From positions 36,642,001 through 36,706,000 of the forward strand of contig CM022671.1 in the NCBI GenBank assembly GCA_012295275.1: a stretch of DNA of 64,000 bases, given 5' to 3'. This DNA comes from Chrysomallon squamiferum. Taxonomy: Eukaryota > Animalia > Mollusca. Of the stretch, positions 40,892-52,126 are shown piece after piece. The translations under genes and the position numbers were made by a program. Each line of letters opens with the position of its first letter. Within the stretch, counting starts at the first letter, position 1. The notes beneath the pieces are model-generated. The model made no database searches. It was not told the origin of the DNA and saw only the letters and a list, made by a program, of their open reading frames with translations.

Positions 40892-42403
40892 AAAAATATT
40901 CAATAACTACAAGTTCGCATGGACAGTATGATCTAAAACTGAAGTTAATATTGGCTGTTTTATTAAAACATTTATTTGCAGTCGACTCACTTCCCGACTG
41001 AATTTATAATTGGTGGAACTCTGGGGACGCTGTCGTTGATTGCAGTCGTCTTCATCATCCTCGCTGTCGTCAGGAAGTGGCAGTTGAGGAAAAGGTGAGA
41101 GTTACTTTCTGGATCAGGAAAATCGCTTTTTATATTTTATTTTAGTTTAGTTTTAGTGTAAATATGTAAACTGTTGGGGAGCACATATTCACTCCTGAAA
41201 ATAAAAAAAGTTCATTTCTGACTGAAAGTTTGAAACTTGTAAATAAACGATTTAAGACAGGCTGATTCCTGAAGTATTGATAGCCAAGGGAGAATAAAAA
41301 AGTGTCAGCTCTTCCTAATGTATAATTTCAAGATGGCCGCCAATAATTTATTCAAAGATTTCATGACATTTAATAAATGAAATTGCTCTAAATTGTTAAA
41401 ATATAATTTTGGAATATATTACAGTATGATATGAAAAGCCTTTATGTGCATAATTCCAAATTGGCATCTAAACTATGAATTGTAAGAAAATACTGTGTAT
41501 TTACACCTCTGTAAGGAATATATTTATGATATACATAAAACATCTAACTATTATCTGAAATGAAATCTCTGACAGTGAATTATGGTATTCAGTATAAAAA
41601 AAAATTTAATCAAGATTATAACAGGAGATGTTGAATTTCTTTGAAAATCATCCGATGTTGGTCAGTTCCTGTGCTTGAAGAACAGTCAGTGTATGACAGG
41701 GACAATCTGATACATGAACACAGATACTGACATTTTTAATTATATGCTGAAGTAATTGTTTAATCGGACGTGGATACTGGCTATGGATCTTCATCCTTTG
41801 GCTTACTATATACTTTAGAAAAAACCAACATACTGTAGAATACCTTAAGTACCTTGATAGAGTATGCCAAGAAAAATCATTCTGTAGAAACATTTACAGT
41901 GCGGCTACATGTAGAATATCACCTACCTTTACTTTGTTAACTAAGTATATTGAACCTCCCACAAGTGTGACTTGCATTGTGCACGTCCTGATTATATGTT
42001 GAAAAAAGACAGCATGAACTGATGGAGTTCTCCCTACATAAATACCGAATCCTGTCAGAATACTACTCCTGTTAATACTACAGCCACTAATAATAAATGA
42101 ATGAATAAAAGTTTATAATTAGAACTAAAAATCCTATTTTCTTCTTTGTTTTTGTGTGAAAGGAGCAATTCGATGGCAACAATTCTCTCTCGCCACCACA
42201 GGAAACATCGACACCACCCCTTGAAGAAAGCTAGGTTGGTCCCTTGGTTCGGTGATCCTGTTTTAGCCTACGACTACCACTGCAGAGAAAAACCTTTCCG
42301 AGCCTATGATAATTTTGCCACCGATGTAAGAAATTATTTTACTTTTTATTTTTGACATTTTTTAAAATTTAATTAGCAGCAGTAAAACTGGTAATATTTA
42401 CTA

Positions 42404-42448
<45 letters not shown>

Positions 42449-42533
42449 GTAAAAACTTGTTTTCTATACTATTAATTTCATTTATTATAACTTACGTACA
42501 ATATGCATTAAATTTATTATTTTATTAACCGTA

Positions 42534-42590
<57 letters not shown>

Positions 42591-42906
42591 TATGATTATC
42601 ACCTTACAGGTGTATATCGCAGCAGCACATTCAACGCCGAGAGTGGAACGCACTGCGTACGCTGACAACTCCAGCGACAACGCCCTGTTCACTGTGGGGG
42701 AGGAGAGCCGCTACGAACCCTCCATAATCGCCGGCAGTTTCGTGTACCACCCCCCTTCCAACCTGCCGCCCCACCTGACCGGCGACCACAACCATAATCT
42801 TTCCTACGACAGTTTTAAAAACGACCACCTGTACGAGAACCAGGGAAGAGGCGTTGTCAGCAGCACCCTCAATAATCACCACCAGCCCCCTGACTTTTAC
42901 CTGTGA
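31253..42906 (+). CDS. Type I membrane protein with a peritrophin-A/CBM14 chitin-binding domain and a Tyr-rich cytoplasmic tail (about 294 aa)
   Basis: Exons 39108-39376, 40982-41094, 42163-42325, 42610-42906 join in phase. Cys spacing C-x19-C-x5-C-x12-C-x12-C-x7-C with CRAFYKC and CPGTL; TM segment FIIGGTLGTLSLIAVVFIILAVV followed by RKWQLRKR. The signal-peptide exon 31253-31295 (MFTFVVLAVVIECL-G, weak donor GTCTGA, TATTTAA about 75 nt upstream of the ATG) is tentative. Confidence 0.75.
33110..33251. repeat. Perfect 48-bp inverted repeat with a 46-nt spacer, followed by about 3 copies of a 59-60-bp tandem repeat (to about 33420)
   Basis: 33110-33157 is the exact reverse complement of 33204-33251. 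Confidence 0.95.
34993..35263 (+). repeat. (AAT)n/(AAC)n/(AAAT)n compound microsatellite
   Basis: Read directly from the sequence. Confidence 0.95.
36515..36690 (+). repeat. 25-bp minisatellite (CTTGGCAGTACTGTACAAACTACAG)
   Basis: About 6-7 copies. Confidence 0.9.
39359..39655 (+). repeat. 46-bp minisatellite spanning the CBM14 exon donor
   Basis: Unit CAGACTGATTACAACAGA|GTAAGTTTACATTGTTTGTGATGTTTCT, about 6 copies; the first copy includes the last 18 nt of the exon. Confidence 0.95.
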
Positions 42907-43109
42907 GCAGCCACCGACGTGCTCCCAGCAAGTGTTCTATTTCGTCCTTGGTTTCGTTCTCTGAGCTCGAAATTTTGGTAATCACGGTGAAGAAAACCAT
43001 TTTTTAAACATGGTATCAGATACGCGAGTATAACAGACAGGTATTGTGATTCTAACACCACTGGACTACATTGAATGTAAATATCCGGCGACCAAATGTT
43101 CTGTACATA

Positions 43110-43701
43110 CAGGGCGTCCCAAAAGTAACCGAACCGCAAAGTTAAATAAAATCAGATATTAAAAACAACAGATTTAATCTGTATATTTAGTATTTACAAA
43201 TGTTCAAAATGTCTACCTTGAAGTTCAATACAATAACGGTTTTTGGATGACCTTTTTTGAGGAGAATTTGACACACTTCCAGTTACTTCAGATTTGGATA
43301 CAAGATTGAACATTGTCAATTTACATGTACATGGTACAGATGTTCTAAAGTTTACTTCCCATCTTTCTTCAACATGCTTGTAGCTAGTCATTGCATAGTA
43401 ATTCTTAATAACGAAGATACGTTCGTTTAAATCTAAAGTTCTTCGCTGCATTTTTAAGAGTGATGGTACCATTTCAAGTCAAACCATGGAGAGTCCAGTA
43501 GCGCGCGCTAAAAACAGAAGTCTCGATCATGAAGAACACTACAATCAGGTAACAAAAATCGTTTCAAAGACTACTACTGAGAGAAGTAAATGAATAGTAC
43601 AAAAGATAACATAAAATGACATAAAAGATGGAATTAAATTTGTTATTTTTAATATCTAATTTTATTTAAGTTTGCGGTTCAGTTACTTTTGGGACATTCT
43701 G
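43110..43701 (-). mobile_element. Non-autonomous Tc1/mariner element (internal deletion derivative)
   Basis: TIRs of about 70 bp (CAGGGCGTCCCAAAAGTAACCGAACCGCAAAG... and its near-exact reverse complement ending 43701), flanked by TA on both sides. The minus-strand ORF 43194-43472 encodes a DUF4817-like HTH transposase N-terminus (LDLNERIFVIKNYY...LVSKSEVTGSV). Confidence 0.88.
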
Positions 43702-43924
43702 TATTTCCAGAAGGTCTGCTACAAAATTTTTAACATGTGAATCTACAGTACATATATATACATATATATATATATATATTATCACAGAGTCTTCTCGCTT
43801 CAGAGTTCTGTCTTTAAAGTGAAGGCTGTGAATTAGACTGCAGAAACTGAAGAATTTGAATTTTCCTGTCAGTTTGCTAATTTATATTTGTCTTTTGTGC
43901 TGTTTGTAATTTTTGTTATTTTAC

Positions 43925-43964
<40 letters not shown>

Positions 43965-44316
43965 TCCGAAATGGATTCACATTTCTAGTGTACTTGGGAA
44001 TTTTATTTATATTGAAACGATATATTTTTTTTTTATTATCATAGAAAGATAATGTTGCTGTCTATTTATAGAGAGACAATCAAATGTACACTTAATGATA
44101 TTGCACAAACATGATTCAGTTTAATAAATACCAATGTTTAAAATAATGAATAAAAGTTATTTTAAGATAGTTTATCATCATATCAAAATGCACACCCTTA
44201 CTAAAAGAATAAAAGAGTGATTCCTTTTATTAATGTTTAATAGATTAATTGTCTACAGATTATTATTATTATTATTGTTGTTGTTGTTATTGTTACTGTT
44301 ATAGCTATTGCTATTG

Positions 44317-44376
<60 letters not shown>

Positions 44377-45124
44377 TGTCCTATGTATTGTATCTGTTCT
44401 ATATTTTGTATTGTATATATTTGTATCGTTCTACATATTTCTACAATTTAAAGGTCACAGTGACAATAAACTATAATCTGCTACCTGTTATTAGTTATAT
44501 TTAACAACATTAAGAACTGTGGTGTTTTTCCTATGAAGCTTGCAGTGAAATAAATTGTATACGTTATATTATTGTGTACAGACAGTTTTGAGTTAATAGT
44601 TTTCTAAACAGAAAAGTGAGACGAAAAGTGAAATTTTACTTTATTGGCCTGACAGTCGAATCGTGGTCAAATGTTATCGAGAAACATGACATTTATTCTG
44701 AAATGACAACAGTAGAATAATATTTATTAATACAATAATAGAACTGTGTAATATGCATAAATTAATAATACAAAAATTCAGTTTAGTTTTAATAATATGA
44801 AGTTTGGTAACTCAAATAAACATTTTGTTGATTAACGATTGAAGTAAACCTCTGGCGATAATCCGTTGAACGCTTAGTGATTAGTTCTTTGTAGAGATTA
44901 AGTTTTGAGACAAATGTGGATTAAATCCTCAGTTTTTAGAAAGGTACGACACAAAAACTATTTCTTACTTTTTCGTCGACAAATACACACGTTCTGGCTG
45001 TTGCAGTAGCCGCCACTTTTACCAAGCCGCAGACAGTGAGCCGCACAGACTGACGTTCCCCACCGCGTAGGTCACACGTTATCAGTTTGTTAATATACAC
45101 TTCAGCGTTCTCGCCTTCGTAATC

Positions 45125-45720
45125 ACAGAAACAACCAAGTTACTGTCAGATTAACATAAACAACCAAATTACAGATTAACAGAAACAACACAGTTACTGT
45201 CAAATTAACACAAACAACCAAGTTACTGTCAGATTAACACAAACAAACAAGTTACTGTTAAATGAACACAAACAAGTTACTGTTAAATTAACACAAACAA
45301 GTTACTGTTAAATTAACACAAACAAATTTGTATCTGAGGTTTTAATCATGTATATTGTTAATCACTAACAGTTTAATTGTGTGTAAGTTTATAATCACTA
45401 ACAATTTAACTGTGCGTATATTTATAATCACTAACAGTTTAATTGTGTGTAAGTTTATAATCACTAACAATTTAACTGTACGTAAGTTTATAATCACTAA
45501 CAATCACTAACAGTTTAACTATGTGTAAGTTTATAATCACTAACAATTTAACTGTACGTAAGTTTATAATCACTAATAGTTTAACAGTATGTAAATTTAC
45601 AATCACTAATAATTTAAACGTATTTAAGTTTAAAATGACTAAATTTAACTGTATGTAAGTTTATAATCACTAATAATTAAATGTAAGTATATAATCACGA
45701 ACAATTTAACTATATCTAAG
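45125..45720 (+). repeat. Two adjacent intergenic minisatellites (AGTTACTGTCAGATTAACACAAACAACCA-like and ATCACTAACAATTTAACTGTATGTAAGTTTATA-like)
   Basis: Tandem degenerate units of about 25-35 bp. Confidence 0.85.
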
Positions 45721-46924
45721 TATAAAATGTCTAACACGTAATTAACAAATTAACCGTATGTTAATAGTTTAAGAAGTGTGTAATAGTTATACATGAGAAA
45801 TACAAATTACAGAAACAAATAAAATAATCACACTGTGCAAAAGACAGCTTCGAGTTTTGTTTTCTGTCCTCTCCGTGCTGCACGTGCGCCCACACGTTTC
45901 CAGCTGACTCCACGATTTACACAATTCAGTGTAATATTAACGTTTTCCTTCGTGTGTGCTTGACATAAATGTGCAATAGTAACACCATCTACTGTCAGGG
46001 TTTTACGGCAGGTTTTGTTATCAGTGTTCCCTTATCGATCAACTTTATTTTAGTCTCATTACTGTCGCTCGTCCATTTTATCAATGTCAGTGATACCACA
46101 CAAACAACTGCGGCTATGTTATCTACGAAAGCATTTCTTAAAAAAAAAAAAAAAAAAAATCTTAACTTGTCTATGAAATACAAACATACAGATATGTTTT
46201 ACTAGTTCTTATTATAAATAGACATACATGCAGGACAAACATACATAAAATTCACACACACCCTCAAAAGACCCTCCCCAAACAGATGACACAAACACAT
46301 AAAAAACACATACACCTCGACAACCACAGCAGCCACGTAAACCATATCTGTTTATAACCACGTAAACCACAACAAGGACTTTGTATAGACTTCATAAAGA
46401 ACAAACAGATGGTGAAATTCCAAAGAGAGTACAACAACCACATCAACCACAAACCACATCAAAAATTTTCGCCACTTCAATCCACAGACCCGTTAACCGA
46501 CATGGTCAGTTCCACAAATTATGGATGCTTTATATACACAGTTTAAATATAAAAATTTTTACCAGTTTTTCCTCCATTTTTCTTCTACTTTCACGTCCTT
46601 TATCGTGATGTAAATTTAATTCTAATAAAGCTAGAGACAAAATTCTAAATGTTTTCAAAAGCTGAATAAAAACTGCAAGAAAAGATTGTAAAACGGAGAT
46701 TGTTTTGCATGTGATGCGTTTTTCCAGACCGGATCACGTTTATCATTAATTAAACTATAATTGGCAACTGAAAACCGATCTACGTAACGGGGTTACAATC
46801 TGGCAGTGACATTATGAAAAATGAAGACAGAAAAGATTTATGACGGTAAGTAATATAAAAGAAAGAGGCCATTTTATTGTTCAACTCGACGCAGATTTTC
46901 TATAGAATCTGATTTTCCGACAAC

Positions 46925-48244
46925 ATGATTTTCCAGTTCCTTCTCGTGCTCCTGCTTGTCTCCATTGCTCAAGGTGAGTGTCCATCACTTTTCTTATTAG
47001 TAGTATTAGTATTAGTATTAGTAGTAGTAATAATGGTATCGTCATCATAATCATAAATAATCATGATAACAAAGACTTTCCTGAAATAAATATTTTAAAC
47101 AGTATGTTAAATGTAAAATACATTTTTTATTTATTATTTTATTTATTATTTTATTCATACCTTTTATGGAGAAAAGTGAATCTTGGTGATGGACAACCAA
47201 TTAAACATACTATAAAATGTTGAGAATAAAGTATTTTTACAACACAGTATAGACGTATCTGCTGTTTGATAGTTTCAGTGTATGACGATCACCTTCGTTT
47301 ATTTCATTACATGTTTTGATTTAGTACTGTCAGTATCAGCCATTTCTATATGGTCTAAACTATTTGTAGCAGTTGGAATGGCACTTTGTAGAACTGAATT
47401 GGTGTGATAACTGCAGCACTATAACAAGCTACTGTAAATGCTATTGTACCGATTCACCGAAACCAAATTAACAACCCATTTTGTGTGTGTGTGTGTACGT
47501 CCCTGTGTTAAGTTATAAATTCAGTAAAGTATTTGATTTTTCCTAAGATAACTTAATGTATGTGCTGTTTATAACACCTGAGCAAAAATGTACAAATATA
47601 ATTACAAAAAATAAAGAAGTTGATTCTGATTTCTAGAAATCTGACACAAATAAATAATAAACATCTATAAACATCTCTAGTACAGAAACAGGACACAAAC
47701 TGGAAACTGAAAGATAGGATAACATGATCGTTTAGCGCACGTTCCATTTTCATCGCTGCTTGTAACAATAAACAGGTCACTGAGACTGACTTCGAGTGAG
47801 CGCCTTTCGCACACACCTGTACAGACGCTTGATTCACATTCAGCCATTGTATGTAACAGAAAGCAATCACTTCTGAATTGTATTGAAAATATTTAGATAT
47901 TAAACAAAATGGTGGTCACGGGATAATACATAAAATTACTGAATATTTCAGTTAATGGCTGGTTTGACTTACATTACATCTGTTTGTATCTGTATATCTG
48001 TGTGTGTGTGTGTGTGTGTGTGTGTCTGTGTGTCTGTGTGTGCGTACACTCTTATATAAATTAATATACAACGCTGTCACTGTGAACAGGAGAGGGAGAG
48101 AAGCACTTTGAGAAGCGGATCACGTGCGACTTGCTTCACGGCACTGGCTGGGGTAACTCGCTGTGCGCAGCTCACTGCCTCGCGATGGGCAGGAAGGGAG
48201 GCTACTGCAACAGTCAAGGTGTCTGCATCTGTCGTCGAAACTAA
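46925..48244 (+). CDS. Insect-type (CS-alpha-beta) defensin prepropeptide, 67 aa
   Basis: Exon 46925-46973 (signal peptide [17 protein letters not shown], donor GTGAGT) plus exon 48090-48244: propiece EGEKHFEKR, mature [41 protein letters not shown] with the six-Cys C...CxxxC...C...CxC pattern. A further intron (about 48246-48623) follows the stop; AATAAA at 48676. Confidence 0.95.
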
Positions 48245-48519
48245 AGTAAGAAAGATTTCTGTAGTACATAAAAGCATACAGTCACACGTATACATACACA
48301 CTAATACATACACAGTCTAATATAAATTATTTCTTCTCACACGTACATGCAGTCTCTCATACATACACAGATATGTACGCATCAATATAAAAGTGTGTTC
48401 ACGTGTGTACCTGCATATTTATTCATACCAACCAGCCAACATAATAATTCAGATTTTATAACTGTCTTGAGACAACTCTGTATCGTTTACTAAAACACTG
48501 AATTATTTCCCTTATAATC

Positions 48520-48559
<40 letters not shown>

Positions 48560-49075
48560 TGAAATTTATCCAAAGAGAATATATTTGTATAATTCTTTTC
48601 TAACGCGATTATTTTTATTTCAGCTTCCTTAAGAAGAAAAACAAAGATGTCGACACACTTCACGATCTGAGTGAAAATAAAATTGTCTAAGCAGACTTAT
48701 TTTATTAGTTTGTTTTTGCTGAGCGCAAATCAACGATTTTTCACAGATCTAATCAAGTCCGTGATCTTTCGTTTCCCTCTCACACAGATGTTTCTTTTTC
48801 TTTCCATCTTTGTTTGAATAAGAGAATATATAGTTGTAGTTATGGTCATATAGGCTAGTAATTAATACAGAAGGAGCACATTTTACAAAATAAATACAAT
48901 ATAGGTCAGTTAAAATCTCAAAACAACAGATCAGTGTATACAGTGTGTGTTACCATTTTAGATTATCGTGCCTCGTCTTTTAAGAAACACTGGGATAATA
49001 AATTAAAATGCATCTTATGGATGTCAAAGATTATTAATTTATTTACTTAAAAAAAAAATAAAAAAATAAAAAAAA

Positions 49076-49127
<52 letters not shown>

Positions 49128-49869
49128 AATTAAATAAAAAAAAATAAAAATAAATAAATAATTTTGTTAAGAATATTAAAAAGCTGTGTCCATAACGATT
49201 CATTTAATCCAGATAACTTTTACATTATCGACCTTTTCAGGGAATCCTTGATCCCTCATCGAAACCCAGACTTTATTTTTCAAAAAATAAATTAACAATA
49301 ATAATTACGTAGAGGTGCAGTTTCCAAGTACGTCAGTGCAGGAGTGTACACGCAAAACCCTTCTTTCAATACACATCAGTATGAAAAAGTGGATACCAAG
49401 TAAAGCGTAATCTGGGAATATCAAACACAGAGAAACAAAAAAAACAACAACTGTTTAACGTCATAGTGTCGGACAGTGACATAACGTAGGCGGGGCACAG
49501 GGATGGCTGACACGGGCGCAAATTTTTTAGGTTCTCTACTGGACTAGTGCAAGTGCTCGGCGATGGTTAATTTCCACGGACACAATAACACACTTACCTT
49601 GCCTCGGGCGCTGCGTGTCTGGTGGCGGAGGAGTTTCGTGAAAGACACGAAATGGCAGGCAGAATGGACACGCTGAACTTCTCAGATAAACGTACTATAC
49701 GTGTGCGCTCCACTGACATTAGCTCTTGTTTCGATATCAAGCCTAACGTCAATGATAATAATGAGAGAGAAACTTCATAAATAACATGGGTAATAATAAA
49801 TATGTAAAAAAAAAAAAAATTATATACCTTTCTATTGAATTGGTTGAGATCATTGAATTAGTTGACGGA

Positions 49870-50830
49870 TGAATTTGATAAGCATCAGTAAGGAACTGAT
49901 ATTTGGTTAGATTGTGAGTTTTAGTGATGACGTTCTTCCAGATTCTGTTTGCTCCTCTGCTTTGTTAGAACTAGATATGTGGGCTAAAACCAGCTTCAAC
50001 CATGTACGAACTTGGAAATGGAAGTGAAAAAAGCCTCAGCTGCTGCACTAAGCTTGGAGTATTTAACATTTACACTGCACCGACAGTCACTGAAGCGTTT
50101 ACTTCTTAACAGTGATTCAGTTTCGAGATCCGCACACATATCGACGAATTCGTCGTCTAAATGAGGATTAGTGTCTGCATTTTCTATTTCCATGTCAAAT
50201 GGTTTAACAATCCAGTTCGGTTTGTGCATTTTCTCCTCGAAACGTTCTTTAAATCTTCCCTTAATTTTTTCAAATCACAGTCTGAAAATATCTTCATCTT
50301 CTTCCAACTGCCGTAACTTTGAAAAATATTTAAAATCTTTAAGTCATTGAAAATTAAAAAGTCCTATTTGTACTTGGAAGCCTATTAGTATTATTCGGAC
50401 TTGATTAAATTTTCAATACAGGTAGACAGATATACGTCTGCCAAATAAAACAAATGGTTTTTACACAGTTTGTACTTGTCATGTATTAATGGGTCCACTT
50501 CCGAAAGAAATTCCACTGCTGAGCAATATAAGTCAACAAGTCTTTGCAACTCTTGACAATCAGCTTACTTCAGTGAGTAGAAGTAATTGCTTCATCTTTT
50601 CTTTTTTCACATTGCAAACAGTTGCAAATTGAGAGGAAGTGCTTTAATTTTATTCATTGAACCGATATACAGTTTTAAATCATCATGCAAATCACCACTG
50701 AGTTTCTTGGCTACAAAGATGTTGTCCATGTAAAACACAGTGAACACTTTGCACACTGGAAATCTTTTCCGTAAGTAAGGAAGTGTTGAAGCTCTGATGT
50801 CAAGTTTCTATAAACATCATTGGCCGTCTC
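49870..50830 (-). mobile_element. Decayed hAT (Buster/Charlie, SCAND3/ZBED8-like) transposase remnant
   Basis: Frameshifted minus-strand fragments VHCVLHGQHL-VAKKLSG (CxxH motif), WIVKPF...DEFVDMCAD and LPFPSSYMVEAGFS (hAT C-terminal dimerisation motif). TIRs not identified. Confidence 0.8.
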
Positions 50831-51037
50831 TTCAACACACTGTAACGTACTTCAATGTTTTCAACACACTGTAATGTACACCAATATTTTCAATATACTG
50901 AAGTTTTACCAAAATTATTCTTTGAATATTGTACAGAAATAGCCGGTTATTTTGTGTAGGGGTGCTCTTCATAGACCGGAGCAATTTAATGAACAGAATG
51001 AAAAGACGATGTAAACAAACAATTTGACATTTACATC

Positions 51038-51806
51038 ATGTTTTTGAAAGCGAAAATTTTGACAGAAAAGTTCAGACGACTGCTGTATTTGAGCACACCG
51101 AACGAGACATCTTTTGAAACGATTGGCGACGTTCCACAGTACGTGGACGAGGTACAACACATTTATTATAAAATGTCTGCTAACAGAATGCGGAAATGTC
51201 CGCAGTTAACTTTTTATCAACGTAATTCAACTGTCCCATATTCCGGTCTACAAACCTTGTTGATGATAAAATATTTTCTAATTATTAACTGTAATGTACT
51301 TTTGCATGTAATCGATTATGTGTATTACACGATTTTAAATAGAAATAATATTTGCTAATTTAAAATTTTTTTTTTTTATCCGAAGTATTCAAATAAATAT
51401 ATGTAATTTTATTTCGTAGCTGAGTATTTTATGTTGTACTTTAATTAAGTTTTCCTCTTTGTTTCAGTTTAAGTAATGTTTATTTCCAGGCGTTGCCATA
51501 CTTTGCTGGACTGATTGTTTTGGAAAGTGTGGTTTTGTTCGTTCAGGGCAAATCTTTGCCACGACTAAATGATGCGTTTAGTTCTCTGAGCGCTGGAGTC
51601 CTGTCTCTGCTGCATGGGTAACATCTCTCAGTGTGTCTGTGTGTCTGTCTGCGTGTGTGTGTGCATGTCTGTGTGTGTTTGTCTGTGTGTGTGTCTGTGT
51701 GTGCGTGTGTGCATGCATGTCTTTCTGTGTGTATGTGTGTGTCTTTCTGTGTGCATGTGTCTTTCTGTGTGTGTGTGTGTTTGTGTATATTGGTGTGCAT
51801 GTCTTT

Positions 51807-51840
<34 letters not shown>

Positions 51841-51896
51841 TGGTGTGCATGTCTTTCTCTGTATGTGTGTGTGTGTGTGTGTTGGTGTGCATGTCG

Positions 51897-51942
<46 letters not shown>

Positions 51943-52075
51943 ATTGGTGTGCATGTCTTTCTGTGTGTTTGTGTATATTGGCATGCATATCTTTCTGTGT
52001 GTATGTGTATGTGTGTGTGTTTGTGTATATTGGTGTGCATGTCTTTCTGTGTGTTTGTGTATATTGGTGTGCATA

Positions 52076-52126
<51 letters not shown>

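Noticed and set aside
41175-42040. Possible transposon in the CBM14 intron (contains TTCAAGATGGCCGCC)
   Set aside because: No convincing TIR pair, TSD or transposase motif found by eye.
46700-46940. NF-kB sites upstream of the defensin
   Set aside because: Only partial matches (GATTTTCC, GGGGTTAC); none fits GGGRNWYYCC well enough to call.
48108-48320. 70-aa [13 protein letters not shown]...
   Set aside because: Wrong frame; the defensin is encoded in another frame of the same DNA.
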